NCBI GenBank assembly: GCA_963666205.1
Contig: OY762654.1
Coordinates: forward strand, 1,152,001 to 1,216,000
Length of the DNA: 64,000 bases
Reading direction: 5' to 3'
DNA from: Synergistales bacterium
Lineage (GTDB): Bacteria; Synergistota; Synergistia; Synergistales; JAFGMB01
Position numbers and translations under genes: made by a program
Shown here: piece after piece, positions 1 through 10,152 of the stretch
How the letters are laid out: each line of letters opens with the position of its first letter
How positions within the stretch are numbered: position 1 is the stretch's first letter
The notes under the pieces: model-generated
What the model saw: only the letters and a program-made list of their open reading frames with translations
Told to the model about the DNA's origin: nothing
The model's database searches: none

Positions 1-24
1 CTTAAATCTGCATAATGACGGATA

Positions 25-1116
25 TTATCCAGTGATGTCTTTCAGGAATGAATTAAGACTCTTGTTCTTTAATTCAATTTCGTCCAGCCTTGCATCAGTA
101 CTGTCGAACAGATTTTTCATCAGAATAAGAGAAGTTATGGTAATAATAGAATTTATCACTGGGGTCTCTACTTCCAGTTTTTTGGCTAACCCGTGGATTA
201 AAACCAGACTACGCGCGACATCTTCGGTTAAGTATCGATGATTTAACGTCGGTGGAGATCCTATCCCTTTAAAACCTATCCCTTTATTGTAGAGAACATC
301 GTAATCACAATTTTCCTTCTCCTGATAACCTTGCAGATACCCGATTCTGGTGTTCGGGATAATCTCGAGCCCCAGAGCCTTTCCTATAGCAATTCGCTCT
401 TCATCAACAGCTTTTATGAGTCTACCCACAGCCGATGTCACGCCCTCTTCATAGAACAAGAAATCGCCCCTGGTCCGTTCAATTAATGCAGCGTTCATTA
501 AAACTATTGCAGGATGGATAACAGGATTAGCATTTTGGAGAAAGGTCTGCAGGATGTTTTTGGCCAAAGACATGCCGGGATAAACTGACTTCACTTTCTG
601 TAGAATTTCTGCACCTGAAGAACTCGGAAGCCCGGCCAGGAATATTCCTCCCTTAAGTTTATTGAAAATATGAATTTTTCCTGGTTCTATTAGACGGACT
701 GCGTAAGGGAGAGTATGTGTTTCAGCCATAAGAAACTTGTGAGACCCAAGATCTTCTTCTAACGCCTTCTTGAACACTATCGAACCTCCACATGATCCTG
801 GACAGATTATGACCGTCTGTCCCCTTTTCAAGAAAGGCGCACATGCCTTTGCAAAAGGCTCGATTGAATAGGAAGGGCCTACAACAAAAGCAATATCTGC
901 TCCATCAAGCACCTTCTCAAGCTCGCATCCCGCATATCTAACGGGAGCGAAACCCTGAAGCGCTCCTTCCGATTCAATCCATCCAACTTTGCTAATCGCC
1001 GAAATATTTTCAATAAATTCCGGAAAATCATAAAGGAATACGTCGTGTCCGTTATAAGCAAAATCAAAAGCAACTGCAGTCCCACCATTTCCAGATCCCA
1101 GAACAGCGATTTTCAT
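25..1116 (-). CDS. NAD/NADP-dependent opine (octopine/nopaline) dehydrogenase family protein
   Basis: Rossmann IAVLGSGNGG; ETHTLPYAVR; NANPVIHP; FLFYEEG; HRYLTEDV, all typical of Octopine_DH; RBS GAGGGGG. Confidence 0.88.
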   Translation of the reverse strand: MKIAVLGSGNGGTAVAFDFAYNGHDVFLYDFPEFIENISAISKVGWIESEGALQGFAPVRYAGCELEKVLDGADIAFVVGPSYSIEPFAKACAPFLKRGQTVIICPGSCGGSIVFKKALEEDLGSHKFLMAETHTLPYAVRLIEPGKIHIFNKLKGGIFLAGLPSSSGAEILQKVKSVYPGMSLAKNILQTFLQNANPVIHPAIVLMNAALIERTRGDFLFYEEGVTSAVGRLIKAVDEERIAIGKALGLEIIPNTRIGYLQGYQEKENCDYDVLYNKGIGFKGIGSPPTLNHRYLTEDVARSLVLIHGLAKKLEVETPVINSIITITSLILMKNLFDSTDARLDEIELKNKSLNSFLKDITG

Positions 1117-1154
1117 GAAAGAATCCCCCTCTCACATAGATAGGTATTTTTCAC

Positions 1155-1455
1155 TTACAGCAGTTTCTTCTGCGGAGGATCAAAGATCAATTTTACGACT
1201 ACCACAGGAAAAACGTGATTCTCTTTAAGAATATGGTTGGAACACAGAAATATTGCCATATGGGTATCATTCTCAAAGACGTCCATTTTTCGGTCATTGA
1301 ATGCATCTTATCCTGGATGGCGTCTTCTTGTATTTAAAAGCCGTTCAGCCCCACCATTCGGTGATCAAAACCATCACTGCAGTTCAACTTTTGATGTAAT
1401 CGGCATCTCAATTCCATAATATTCGAATGGAGATCATTTGCGGATTACTTAACAT
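1155..1455 (-). pseudogene. Decayed remnant of an M20D amidohydrolase
   Basis: Strong RBS AGGAGGAG, then ATG at 1455 giving MLSNPQMISIRIMELRCRLHQKL.. (cf. ELRRxLHxxPE). Further on, NDTHMAIFLCSNHILKENHVFPVVVVKLIFDP then, frameshifted, SAEET (cf. [37 protein letters not shown] of the intact paralogue at 47452). Stops and deletions in between. Confidence 0.65.
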
Positions 1456-1679
1456 TCAAAGTCTCCTCCTTAGATCATTTCTTTGATCACGTTTAGATCT
1501 TTATTTAGGACGGACAAAGTTCTCTCACTGACCGAATGGTTGTATAAAGCAAGGTAGATCGGCGAATATTAATCGCCAAATTTTATCAACTTCATATTCC
1601 CAATAAATTAAAGTAAGAAAAGTGGATTAGATCAGGATTGTCTAACTTATGTTAATACTGTGCTGTCTTACCAACCTTA

Positions 1680-1720
1680 AAATCAGGCCCGAATAATCAT
1701 CTTCTATACGGGCCTGATTT
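1680..1720 (-). terminator. Hairpin / probable intrinsic terminator after the yfcC-like gene
   Basis: aaatcaggcccg...cgggcctgattt, a 12-bp inverted repeat. Confidence 0.55.
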
Positions 1721-1748
1721 GAGTTCGTACAACCCTTTCAGCTATCCT

Positions 1749-3177
1749 TTAAAAGGGTCCGTAATTAATTAATACCGCTATCACCATGATAGCCGCTGCA
1801 AATAAATGCAAATAGATCATCAGGGGAATAATAAATTTAAACCATTTTTCATAAGGGATTTTCGCGATACTGAGCCCCGCCATCAGAACCCCAGAAGTCG
1901 GGAATAGGGAATTCGACAGACCATCACCCATTTGATATGCCAGGACTGCGGTCTGCCTTGTCAAATTAGCCACATCAGCAAGAGGTGCCATTATGGGCAT
2001 GGTCGCGGCCGCCTGCCCGCTGCCAGAGTTAATGAAGAAGTTGATGAATGTCTGAACCGATAACATTGCTACTGCAGCGATGGATCGTGGCAATAATGTT
2101 ATTACCTGGGCTCCTCCATGAATGATGCTATCAATGATCTGTCCATCTGTCATTATTACGACAATTCCTCTAGTGAGGCCGATCACCAGTGCACCGAATG
2201 TTAATGATCGAGCACCTTCAATAAAATCAGTAGCGATTTTTCCGGGGTTGCTCCCTCCCACCAGTCCCGAAATGATTCCCATGGTCAGGAAAACAGCGGT
2301 AAGGTCCGAACTGGTGCTCCAACCATGACTCACACCATAGACTATAAAACAAAAACCAACAACAACTACTGCAAGACCAGCTTATGCCTCGTGGTTAAGA
2401 CCGCAAAGTGTTTCTGTTTGAGATCTTCTTCCTTTTGTAACTGCTCCAGATCGCAAACCAGGCTTTTTGAAGGATCGGACTTTATCTTCAAGGCATAGGA
2501 GAGAAGGAAGAAAGATCCAATAGCCCAGAATCCCAGAAGGGTAATCACCCTTAACCCCATTCCGGAAAAAAGGGGAAGACCTGCTATCCCCTGAGCGACC
2601 CCTACTGTAAAAGGATTTAGAACCCCTCCCGCGAAACCGGCAAGAGCCCCTAAGGTGATCATACCCATGCCCACCAGGGCATCAAATCCAAGGCCTCTTG
2701 CCAGGACAACTCCCATAGGTATAAATATAAGGGTTGACTCAGCCATGCCAAATGTTGCTCCTCCAGCAGAAAAAATCAGCATCGTGACAGGAATGAGGAT
2801 TTTCTCTTTTCCTGCCAGTTTTTTTACTAATGTTGCTATTCCTGTCTCTATTGCCCCGGTGCCGTTTATCATGCCAAAAGAACCACCGATAATAAAAACC
2901 AGGAAGATTATCCAGCCGGCCTGGTTCATACCCTTGGGTATAGCCTTCATAATTGCGAAAGGTTTGATAGGATTCTGCGGCACATTTTTGAAGGAGGCTG
3001 CATCTACGATGGTTCTTCCGGTATTCGGATCAGTAACCCTCTCGTATACACCGGCCGAACAAGATAAGTTGCAGCAGCGGCAATCAGGATTATGCAAAAG
3101 ATCAAAACGTAAGTATGAGGAACCCAGCTCTTTTTCTTCCTGGTGTCAAGATTAGCGTCTGTCTGCTGAAGTTTCAT
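1749..3177 (-). pseudogene. YfcC/DcuC-family (basic amino acid / C4-dicarboxylate) antiporter, split by two single-base deletions
   Basis: ATG at 3177 with RBS GAGGAGG gives MKLQQ..WVPHTYVLIF; frameshift near 3057 (YLVP-AGVYER) and near 2370 (HKLV-AVVVVGF); motifs NPFTVGVAQGIAGLPLFSG, SGSGQAAATMPIMAPLAD, AYQMGDG. Confidence 0.8.
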
Positions 3178-3369
3178 AATAACCCTCCTCTATGGTTAAA
3201 TATTTTTAAAAAAGATCATGACTCTTTTCAAGCTCTCCTCCTTCCCTCATTAGTTTTGCGCCACTGAAAGAAAATTCAGACCACTTCCGTATCAGAGTTC
3301 ATCTCCCATTGCCGATCCCGCTGAACCTGAAGATACAGGTTATCCGTGCATCCAGGATGGTAGCTGAAA

Positions 3370-4599
3370 TTACCAGGCTGTTTCTTCCCTGACGATAGTC
3401 ATACCAAGGGCTTCTATCTCTTTTTTTACAAGTTCAAAAGGTACCTCGATGGGTAAGGCAACTCCAGGTTTACTGAATTTGCCCTCAAGTATGAGCCGAG
3501 ATCCTATGCCAGCCGTAAAACCTACGGTTCTCTGCATCGCGGTAAAACCGGTCTCGAGATCTCGCCTGTCGATGAGCTGATAGATAACTCTTTTTTTCTT
3601 TCCCTCAGCTTTCCCTCTTACATCCATTCTTACCAGAGCCATATCCTGCTCGTTCTTTTTGTAATAGAACTGGTCCTGAGAAGCTAACAGGGATGCACAG
3701 AATTCTGCCGGGACTACAGATGTATTCCCGACCCTGACAGGTTTCTGGTCAAGGAAACCGCTCTTGGCCATTACTTCCCAGAATGCACCATGGCCCTCCC
3801 AGCGGCAGATGTAGCGCCCCATTTCGGAGATAGACCCCTTCAGACCGAATAACTCCGCATAATGTTCGGTATTTCCATTGGGAAAGCATTCAAGTCTTCT
3901 ACCCATCCCGGAAATATCCAGATAATGCATGTTTTCCCTGGAAAACATATCTCTGGCTGCTACTTCCAGAGTTTTTCCTCCTGATATTATTTTTGCTGGA
4001 CGAAGGTAGGAAAGCATGACCCCGATGATCGACCATGTAAATTTGTACTTCAGAGGGTTATCCTCAACCTCCGGAGCAGGGAATCCGGCGCCGTAGGAAT
4101 AGAATTCCGAAACCTCATCGAACTCTGACAAAGCCTTTGATCCAAGGACAAGATCAAGACCGGGGTCCATCCCAAATTCTGTAAGGATCGTTATGCCTTT
4201 TTCTTTTGCTTTTTCGTCAAGCTTCGCAAGAGCTTCTCTCTGTTCCGCTACTTTGGTTTTATCTTCCTCTCCCGGGTTAACGTAATACATGCTGCTGACC
4301 AGGTTTACAGCCAGTTCAGCAGCAAGCTGCCCAGTAGAAAATGCAAATTTCCCGGGAAGAAATTCGAGGACAACATCTGCACCCTCCATCAAATTCGATA
4401 GCTGGTCTTTATCAGTGGCATCAAGCCTGGAGGGCTTCACACGATCCGACGGGTATTTTCCCAATAGAACATCAAGATCTGATCTGTTATCTGCCACAAT
4501 AATTTCCGAGACATTACTCCTGTTGACAAGATCGTACAAAGCCGCCTGTCCCTGCATACCGTAACCGAGAATAACCGCCTTTTTCCCCTTCAAAACCAC
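3370..4599 (-). CDS. Saccharopine dehydrogenase family protein (lysine 6-dehydrogenase-like)
   Basis: GYGMQG Rossmann; EFGMDPGLD; NPLKYKFTWS; TAMQRTVG. Confidence 0.85.
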   Translation of the reverse strand: MVLKGKKAVILGYGMQGQAALYDLVNRSNVSEIIVADNRSDLDVLLGKYPSDRVKPSRLDATDKDQLSNLMEGADVVLEFLPGKFAFSTGQLAAELAVNLVSSMYYVNPGEEDKTKVAEQREALAKLDEKAKEKGITILTEFGMDPGLDLVLGSKALSEFDEVSEFYSYGAGFPAPEVEDNPLKYKFTWSIIGVMLSYLRPAKIISGGKTLEVAARDMFSRENMHYLDISGMGRRLECFPNGNTEHYAELFGLKGSISEMGRYICRWEGHGAFWEVMAKSGFLDQKPVRVGNTSVVPAEFCASLLASQDQFYYKKNEQDMALVRMDVRGKAEGKKKRVIYQLIDRRDLETGFTAMQRTVGFTAGIGSRLILEGKFSKPGVALPIEVPFELVKKEIEALGMTIVREETAW

Positions 4600-4674
4600 A
4601 TACCCCCTTTATGGATTCTTTTATGAATTTTTTAATGTATTCATTTCTAATGGCCAAAAAAAATGCAGCAGGAT

Positions 4675-5325
4675 CTACCGCATTTTTATAAGCATCTCGT
4701 ATGTTCTACGAATATGCTTACACATCAATTCTGAAGCCAGTTCGGAATCCTTCGCTTCTATAGCGTCGAGGATCTCGTTATGCTGAAGGGGGGTCAACTG
4801 GGGTATCTCTGTATCCCTGTAGAAGCTGTCAAAATAAAATATATATACATTTGACCGCCAGAAAAGGTTTCTACAGCATTTCTGAAGATATTGATTTCCA
4901 GATAGCTGAGCCAGGCCCAGATGAAAATCCTCATTAAGTTTCGCTTCCAACTTTTTATTTTTAGAAAGAAATGCTTCCCTTTCTTTTTCCACTACATTTC
5001 TCAATTTCGCAATGTCTTCTTTTGTGGAATTAAGAGCCGCCGCTGAAGCAACATAGCTCGCTATAGCTTCCCTTGCAAAAAAAACCTGTTTTGCATCTTC
5101 AGGGGTAGGTAACGGAATAAAGCAGCCCTTTTTTTTCATCCGTTCAAGAAAGCCCTCCGTCACAAGCCTTGCCAGGGCACGGCTCACAGGAGTTCGACTC
5201 ATATTCAGTTTTGAAGCAAGTTCAACTTCGAGTAGAAAGTCCCCAGGCTTGTACTCGTTGGTCAATATCAGTTCCACGATGGACCTGTAGGCTCGTTCTT
5301 CAGAGTTTTCCATATTTTTGTTCAT
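4675..5325 (-). CDS. GntR-family (FCD domain) transcriptional regulator
   Basis: wHTH YKPGDFLLEVELASKLNMSRTPVSRAL; FCD NEDFH..QHNEILDAI; start moved to ATG 5325. Confidence 0.88.
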   Translation of the reverse strand: MNKNMENSEERAYRSIVELILTNEYKPGDFLLEVELASKLNMSRTPVSRALARLVTEGFLERMKKKGCFIPLPTPEDAKQVFFAREAIASYVASAAALNSTKEDIAKLRNVVEKEREAFLSKNKKLEAKLNEDFHLGLAQLSGNQYLQKCCRNLFWRSNVYIFYFDSFYRDTEIPQLTPLQHNEILDAIEAKDSELASELMCKHIRRTYEMLIKMR

Positions 5326-5461
5326 TTTCCGCCTTTCAATGTATTCATAGATGTATTCCCATATTGAATTTCCTAAATTATCTGTCAGTTGAACTGCTTT
5401 GTCAATCTTACATGGTCGGAAAATCAATTAGTAGCACGGGACACTTATCTCCCGGTACCCC

Positions 5462-6793
5462 CTAATTACAGATCAGCTCTTCCTTTTCCCTGAAAAGGAT
5501 GTTTTCTGTCTCCAGCTCTTCAAGGGCTGCTTCATATATCTCGGGGGAAAAGGGACCTATGACACCAGGATTTGAGAATCTTCCCTCAAGAATGAGTTTT
5601 GCGCCTATTGCCGGAGGAATACCTGTAGTTCTTGCAACAGAAGTATCTTCTCCTGGAATACCATAATCCACCATGGTTGACTTATGCAATATTCTTTTTC
5701 CTGAAACCGGGTAATAAGAAAGGAACCTGTGCTCCATTATTACAAGATCCTTTTCGGATTCCTGGTAGTATAATTTATCAAAATATAACATGGAGATAAC
5801 ATCTCTGGGACTGCCATAATCCAGTGGGATCAATTGATCTGAAAATAGTCCAAGCCATTTCAATCTCTGGTATATTGCCATATAGGGTTCGATGTTTAAT
5901 TTCCTGCATAGAATTTCCTCGAAATTATCACCTGGGGAAGCTTCAAGAAGTTTTGCAGAAAGATCCCTGTAGGTCAGACCGGAAAGTTCCATCATTGTTT
6001 CTTCAAAAAGACCCATCTCGAGCATCTTGCAAATGGTCTCGCTCCACCCGAGATAACGGACAGTTCCTCTGTAAATGTTTTTTGCTTCTTTGATACTGTA
6101 CATATCAAGATAGGGAAGAGAATTGCCGTTTGCGTAAACCTCGAAACAGCCAAGGTCTTCCACTTCGATAAGATCTGAATACTTAAAGGTTTCTCCTCCG
6201 GGAAGGAATACTTCCTTACCATCCCTGAGGAATCTGGCATCCCTCTTACTTGCCCCGATAAGACCAGCTGGAGCCCAGGATAGTTTGTATCCCATGGGAT
6301 TCGTATTATCCTTTGCTGAAGGAATGGCTCCGCAAACTGACCAGAAGGACTCTATCTTTCCACCTTCATCATGGATCTTTCTTATAGTTTTTACAGCTGA
6401 CATATGATCTATTCCAGGATCGAGTCCAAGTTCACAAAGGATGGTCACTCCTGCCTGTCTGGCTTTTGGATCAAGAAGTTTAGTTTCCTCATCAATATAA
6501 GAAGGATTTACCGTAGGGATAGCTCTTTCTATACATTGTTCGGCAATCTGCTTCATAAATGATGCGGGGAGGAGATTAACTACAAGATCAGGGTTAAGCT
6601 TATCCATAAGCAGTTCAGATTCACTAACTGCGTTTCCCACAATACCCTGCCCTCGCGGGTGACCGCCAATGACATGAAGGAGATTTTCTTCCTTCAGATC
6701 AACCACTGTCACATGGTATCCCGGCTCTTTCAAAAGGTACTGAACACATGGGCGCGCTACCCTTCCTGCACCAAGAACAAGAATCTCTTTCAA
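5462..6793 (-). CDS. Saccharopine dehydrogenase (NADP+, L-glutamate-forming, Lys9-like)
   Basis: ILVLGAGRV; ELGLDPGIDHMSA; NPMGYKLSWAP; YRGTVRY; TSVARTTG; TTG start with AGGAGGAGG. Confidence 0.88.
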   Translation of the reverse strand: MKEILVLGAGRVARPCVQYLLKEPGYHVTVVDLKEENLLHVIGGHPRGQGIVGNAVSESELLMDKLNPDLVVNLLPASFMKQIAEQCIERAIPTVNPSYIDEETKLLDPKARQAGVTILCELGLDPGIDHMSAVKTIRKIHDEGGKIESFWSVCGAIPSAKDNTNPMGYKLSWAPAGLIGASKRDARFLRDGKEVFLPGGETFKYSDLIEVEDLGCFEVYANGNSLPYLDMYSIKEAKNIYRGTVRYLGWSETICKMLEMGLFEETMMELSGLTYRDLSAKLLEASPGDNFEEILCRKLNIEPYMAIYQRLKWLGLFSDQLIPLDYGSPRDVISMLYFDKLYYQESEKDLVIMEHRFLSYYPVSGKRILHKSTMVDYGIPGEDTSVARTTGIPPAIGAKLILEGRFSNPGVIGPFSPEIYEAALEELETENILFREKEELICN

Positions 6794-6874
6794 AAAAATA
6801 CCTCCTCCTGTATTTAACAGTCTGCCATAAAGAAATTCGTTCTTTAACCAGGATAATCCTTTGAAGGTCCTATA

Positions 6875-7585
6875 TCAGACCGCCTGGTTCACATAGTTAA
6901 CAAGAGTAATAAAATCGAATACAGGGAGCCCTGTCCCATTCCGTATAGCCTGGGAAAAGGGCGGCATGTCCGTGCATTCCAGGACAAAAGCCCCTACATC
7001 CGGATACTGTTTTTTCGCCATTAAACCTGCCTCGATTATTTCCTTCTCAATAAGTCCCATATCCACTTCCGGGACATTGGAATCCAGCACTTTCCTCCAT
7101 TCTTCCCATTCTTCCATTCCTACAATATGAACCGGGGCAGAATCAGCAACACCGCAGTTCCGGAAATGAAGTGGAGTAAGGCTTGCTTTTCTCGCCGTAA
7201 TAACAACCACGGACTGTCCTTCCTTCAAGGTCATCAACACAAAGGGTATCTGCATCAGACTCGAAGTAAAAACAGGAACACTGACAGAATCAGCCAGTCT
7301 TTTCTGGTGGATAGCATTAAAACCGCAACTGGTTGTGATAGCTTTTACACCTTCTGCTATCATTTCCTCCATTACAGAAACCATCCTCTGCAATACTGTT
7401 TCATCAGGGTTGATAACGATGCTTTCTGCACTGGCACCCTCTACTCGTCTTATCTGGACGGGATAATCGTAAGATTCAAGGTTGGTACTGTTCCCTTTCA
7501 ACTTTTCCAGCTGCATAAGACCTGGAGGAACAAGTCCACCTTCCCATGCCAGAATTCCTATCCTGGGTAAACTCTGGTTTCCCAT
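6875..7585 (-). CDS. Asp/Glu/hydantoin racemase superfamily protein
   Basis: Two catalytic-Cys motifs AITTSCGF and FVLECTDMPPF. Confidence 0.8.
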   Translation of the reverse strand: MGNQSLPRIGILAWEGGLVPPGLMQLEKLKGNSTNLESYDYPVQIRRVEGASAESIVINPDETVLQRMVSVMEEMIAEGVKAITTSCGFNAIHQKRLADSVSVPVFTSSLMQIPFVLMTLKEGQSVVVITARKASLTPLHFRNCGVADSAPVHIVGMEEWEEWRKVLDSNVPEVDMGLIEKEIIEAGLMAKKQYPDVGAFVLECTDMPPFSQAIRNGTGLPVFDFITLVNYVNQAV

Positions 7586-7987
7586 TGATCAGTCCTCCTT
7601 GTTATAAGGAAAATATATCCTGTCAAAGATCCATCCACTTTATATAAATATTTTCCCTTGAGAAGTCAGTTCCACTACACTATGGTGAAAATAGATCTCA
7701 GTATCGGATTATGAATACATGGATGTATGCATTGTTATCTTAACAGAGATTATCCTTCTCTTTAAAGAGATTGTCAATTGTTAAGCATAACTTAACTTCT
7801 ATAGATCTTTCTGATCGCATTTGATAATGATTATCTTTAATGATAAGCTTTGTTGAATACAGATTTCTTTATATTCCTGAAAACCAGGGTAAACTGATCC
7901 GATCTGACCTTGCAACTCCGGAGATAAGACCGGTCTATAACTGGAAAACAAGTATTTCTTCTCCTCATTTACCATTCCTCAATACAG

Positions 7988-8020
7988 GAAAAAGCCGGGC
8001 TTCAGGCCCGGCTTTTTCCA
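7988..8020. terminator. Bidirectional intrinsic terminator
   Basis: gaaaaagccgggc-ttca-ggcccggctttttcc. Confidence 0.7.
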
Positions 8021-8136
8021 CTCAAGCTTCCCCAATTCAGGTTATTCTTCAGTTTTGAATTTTTCCCTGCTTACCCGTGCAGGATCCCATATTTTTCACA
8101 ATCGAATAAAGATGGGTATTTTCATTCCTGAACATC

Positions 8137-8706
8137 TCAGCCCATCTTTATCTGCTCGAGGATTTCAATCAAGACTATCATCAGGAGAAAACAGCTTGCA
8201 TCCATAATAGATCTCTCCATAGTTCTGATGTTGATCGTGACTTCTGATGGTGAACGATAGAGAGAGAACCTGGGAATGACCCTCGGGGTCCTTCGAGAGT
8301 ATTCAATATAGTCATCACCAAATAACTCCTGAAGTCTTTTTTCTTCTCCCTTTATCACAAAATGATAGTAACCCCAGAATAAGGGTATCATCAATCCTGC
8401 AAGGATCAGATTCTGACCTGCAAGCATCAAGCCAACCCCACCGATAAAGGAAAAAAGATAGAGGGGGTTCCTGCAGATGGAAAAAGGACCGTCCTTCACC
8501 AGTTCGGTGTCCTTGCGTCCGCAGATGAAAAGGGAGGTCCATATCCGTCCTATGGATGCCACCATAAGGAAGAAGAATCCCAGGTATTCGATATAGGGAT
8601 CATAAAACGATTTATCGCTAATTGGTGAAATGATCAATACCAGTAAAACGGGAAGGATAATGACCCAGGTGAGTCTGCTTCGGTTTCTTTCAAAGAAATT
8701 TTTCAA
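8137..8706 (-). CDS. Isoprenylcysteine carboxylmethyltransferase (ICMT/PEMT) family membrane protein
   Basis: LVKDGPFSICRNPLYL; EEKRLQELFGDDYIEYSRRTPRVIP; TM helices. Confidence 0.85.
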   Translation of the reverse strand: MKNFFERNRSRLTWVIILPVLLVLIISPISDKSFYDPYIEYLGFFFLMVASIGRIWTSLFICGRKDTELVKDGPFSICRNPLYLFSFIGGVGLMLAGQNLILAGLMIPLFWGYYHFVIKGEEKRLQELFGDDYIEYSRRTPRVIPRFSLYRSPSEVTINIRTMERSIMDASCFLLMIVLIEILEQIKMG

Positions 8707-8945
8707 ACTTTACATCTCCAGTCTCATATTTCTTCAGAAAAATATCCCCTCGGGGATCGGATCAAACATAAGGGTTACGTTACTTTTCTGAAGTCCTGAA
8801 AGTATTTATAATCAGCCTGTATGATCCTGCGCGGAACGGAAGCGAAAATGAAGAGAAATCAGAAATGACGGAGAAAAGCTCGTGGGATTTAAGGGAATTC
8901 ACTCTCCATATCTTATCAGACAAAATATCATATCTTTTAAAGCCC

Positions 8946-8976
8946 GCCAAGCCGGACCCTGAAGCCCGGCTTGGCC
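8946..8976 (-). terminator. Hairpin after the aldo/keto reductase
   Basis: gccaagccgg...ccggcttggc. Confidence 0.5.
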
Positions 8977-8989
8977 ATATCGATTCAGA

Positions 8990-10132
8990 CTATTCATCTC
9001 TTTCGAAGAGAGTCACCGTTTCCTTGAGATGTTCCCTTATGCTTATGTGCTGGGGACAGAGGGATTCGCACTGTCCGCATTCAATACAGGCTGATGCCTT
9101 TCCTCCAGCTCTGAGAAAAATGTTATAGGTATTCTTTGCATTCTCGGGATCTTCGAACATATAAGCCATGTTGAGGCGATTAAAACATTCAGGGATATTC
9201 ACTCCTGCAGGACATGGCATACAGTAACGGCAGTTAGTGCAGGGTACTCTCATTCTGTCCCGGTATATATCCCTGACCCTGGAGATCATTTCCATTTCTT
9301 TTTCAGTAAGACCCTCCGCTACTCCTTTCTCAGAAGCCCTGATATTATCCTCCACCTGTTCCATGGTGGACATACCACTGAGCAGAAGAGTTACCTCCGG
9401 GTGATTCCATACCCATCTCAGACCCCAATTGGCGGGAGATGCCTTTTCATTACTCTCATCCCATATCTTCCGGACATCCTCTGGCTGGTTTCTGACAAGA
9501 TGGCCACCCCTGAGGGGCTCCATTACTATAACCCCCAGGTCCTTTGATGCCGCATATTTCAGGCCTTCAGTCCCGGCCTGATAGTTCTCGTCCATGTAGT
9601 TATACTGGATCTGGCAGAAATCCCAGGGAAAAGCATCAACGATCTCCCTGAAAACAGGAAGCTGGTCATGGAAGGAAAAGCCTATATGCCTTATCCTGCC
9701 GTCGGCCTTTGCCTTTTCGATAAAATCGAAGACATCAAGATCGAGCATCCTTGACCATCTATCCTTTGTCAGTCCATGGATCATATAGTAATCAATATGA
9801 TGGGTCTTAAGTTTTTTCAACTGCTCATTGAGGTAAAAATCCATATCTTCCCTGGATCTGATCATCCATGTGGGCAGCTTGGTGGCAAGAAAGATCCTTT
9901 CCCGATATCCATCCTGCAAAGCGAGGCCGACAAGGGGTTCACTTCTTTCATTGTGGTAAGGCCAGGCAGTATCGATATAATTCACACCCTGATCTATGGC
10001 ATAACGGATCATTCTGATAGCTTCAGCTTCGTCAATATTTTCCGGATCATTTCCTAGAAGGGGGAATCGCATGCATCCGAAACCAAGTATGGATAGTTTA
10101 TCCCCGGATCTTTTCATGGTTCTGAAAAGCAT
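8990..10132 (-). CDS. Aldo/keto reductase with C-terminal 4Fe-4S dicluster
   Basis: LGFGCMRFP; GVNYIDTAWPYH; MEPLRGG; CTNCRYCMPCP and CIECGQCESLCP; start moved to ATG 10132. Confidence 0.9.
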   Translation of the reverse strand: MLFRTMKRSGDKLSILGFGCMRFPLLGNDPENIDEAEAIRMIRYAIDQGVNYIDTAWPYHNERSEPLVGLALQDGYRERIFLATKLPTWMIRSREDMDFYLNEQLKKLKTHHIDYYMIHGLTKDRWSRMLDLDVFDFIEKAKADGRIRHIGFSFHDQLPVFREIVDAFPWDFCQIQYNYMDENYQAGTEGLKYAASKDLGVIVMEPLRGGHLVRNQPEDVRKIWDESNEKASPANWGLRWVWNHPEVTLLLSGMSTMEQVEDNIRASEKGVAEGLTEKEMEMISRVRDIYRDRMRVPCTNCRYCMPCPAGVNIPECFNRLNMAYMFEDPENAKNTYNIFLRAGGKASACIECGQCESLCPQHISIREHLKETVTLFERDE

Positions 10133-10152
10133 ATTTTCAACACTCCTTCTGT

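Noticed and set aside
25-7585. Staphylopine/pseudopaline-type metallophore cluster (racemase + opine DH)
   Set aside because: No nicotianamine-synthase-like CntL and no metal ABC transporter in the window; the racemase is Asp/Glu-type rather than the DapF-like CntK
7840-8058. 72-aa plus-strand ORF
   Set aside because: No RBS, runs through a terminator hairpin, no motif
8095-8140. Possible 3' frameshift or Sec readthrough at the ICMT TGA (an alternative frame reads LRCSGMKIPIFIRL)
   Set aside because: The catalytic domain is already complete, there is no SECIS-like hairpin, and it cannot be told apart from chance without reads
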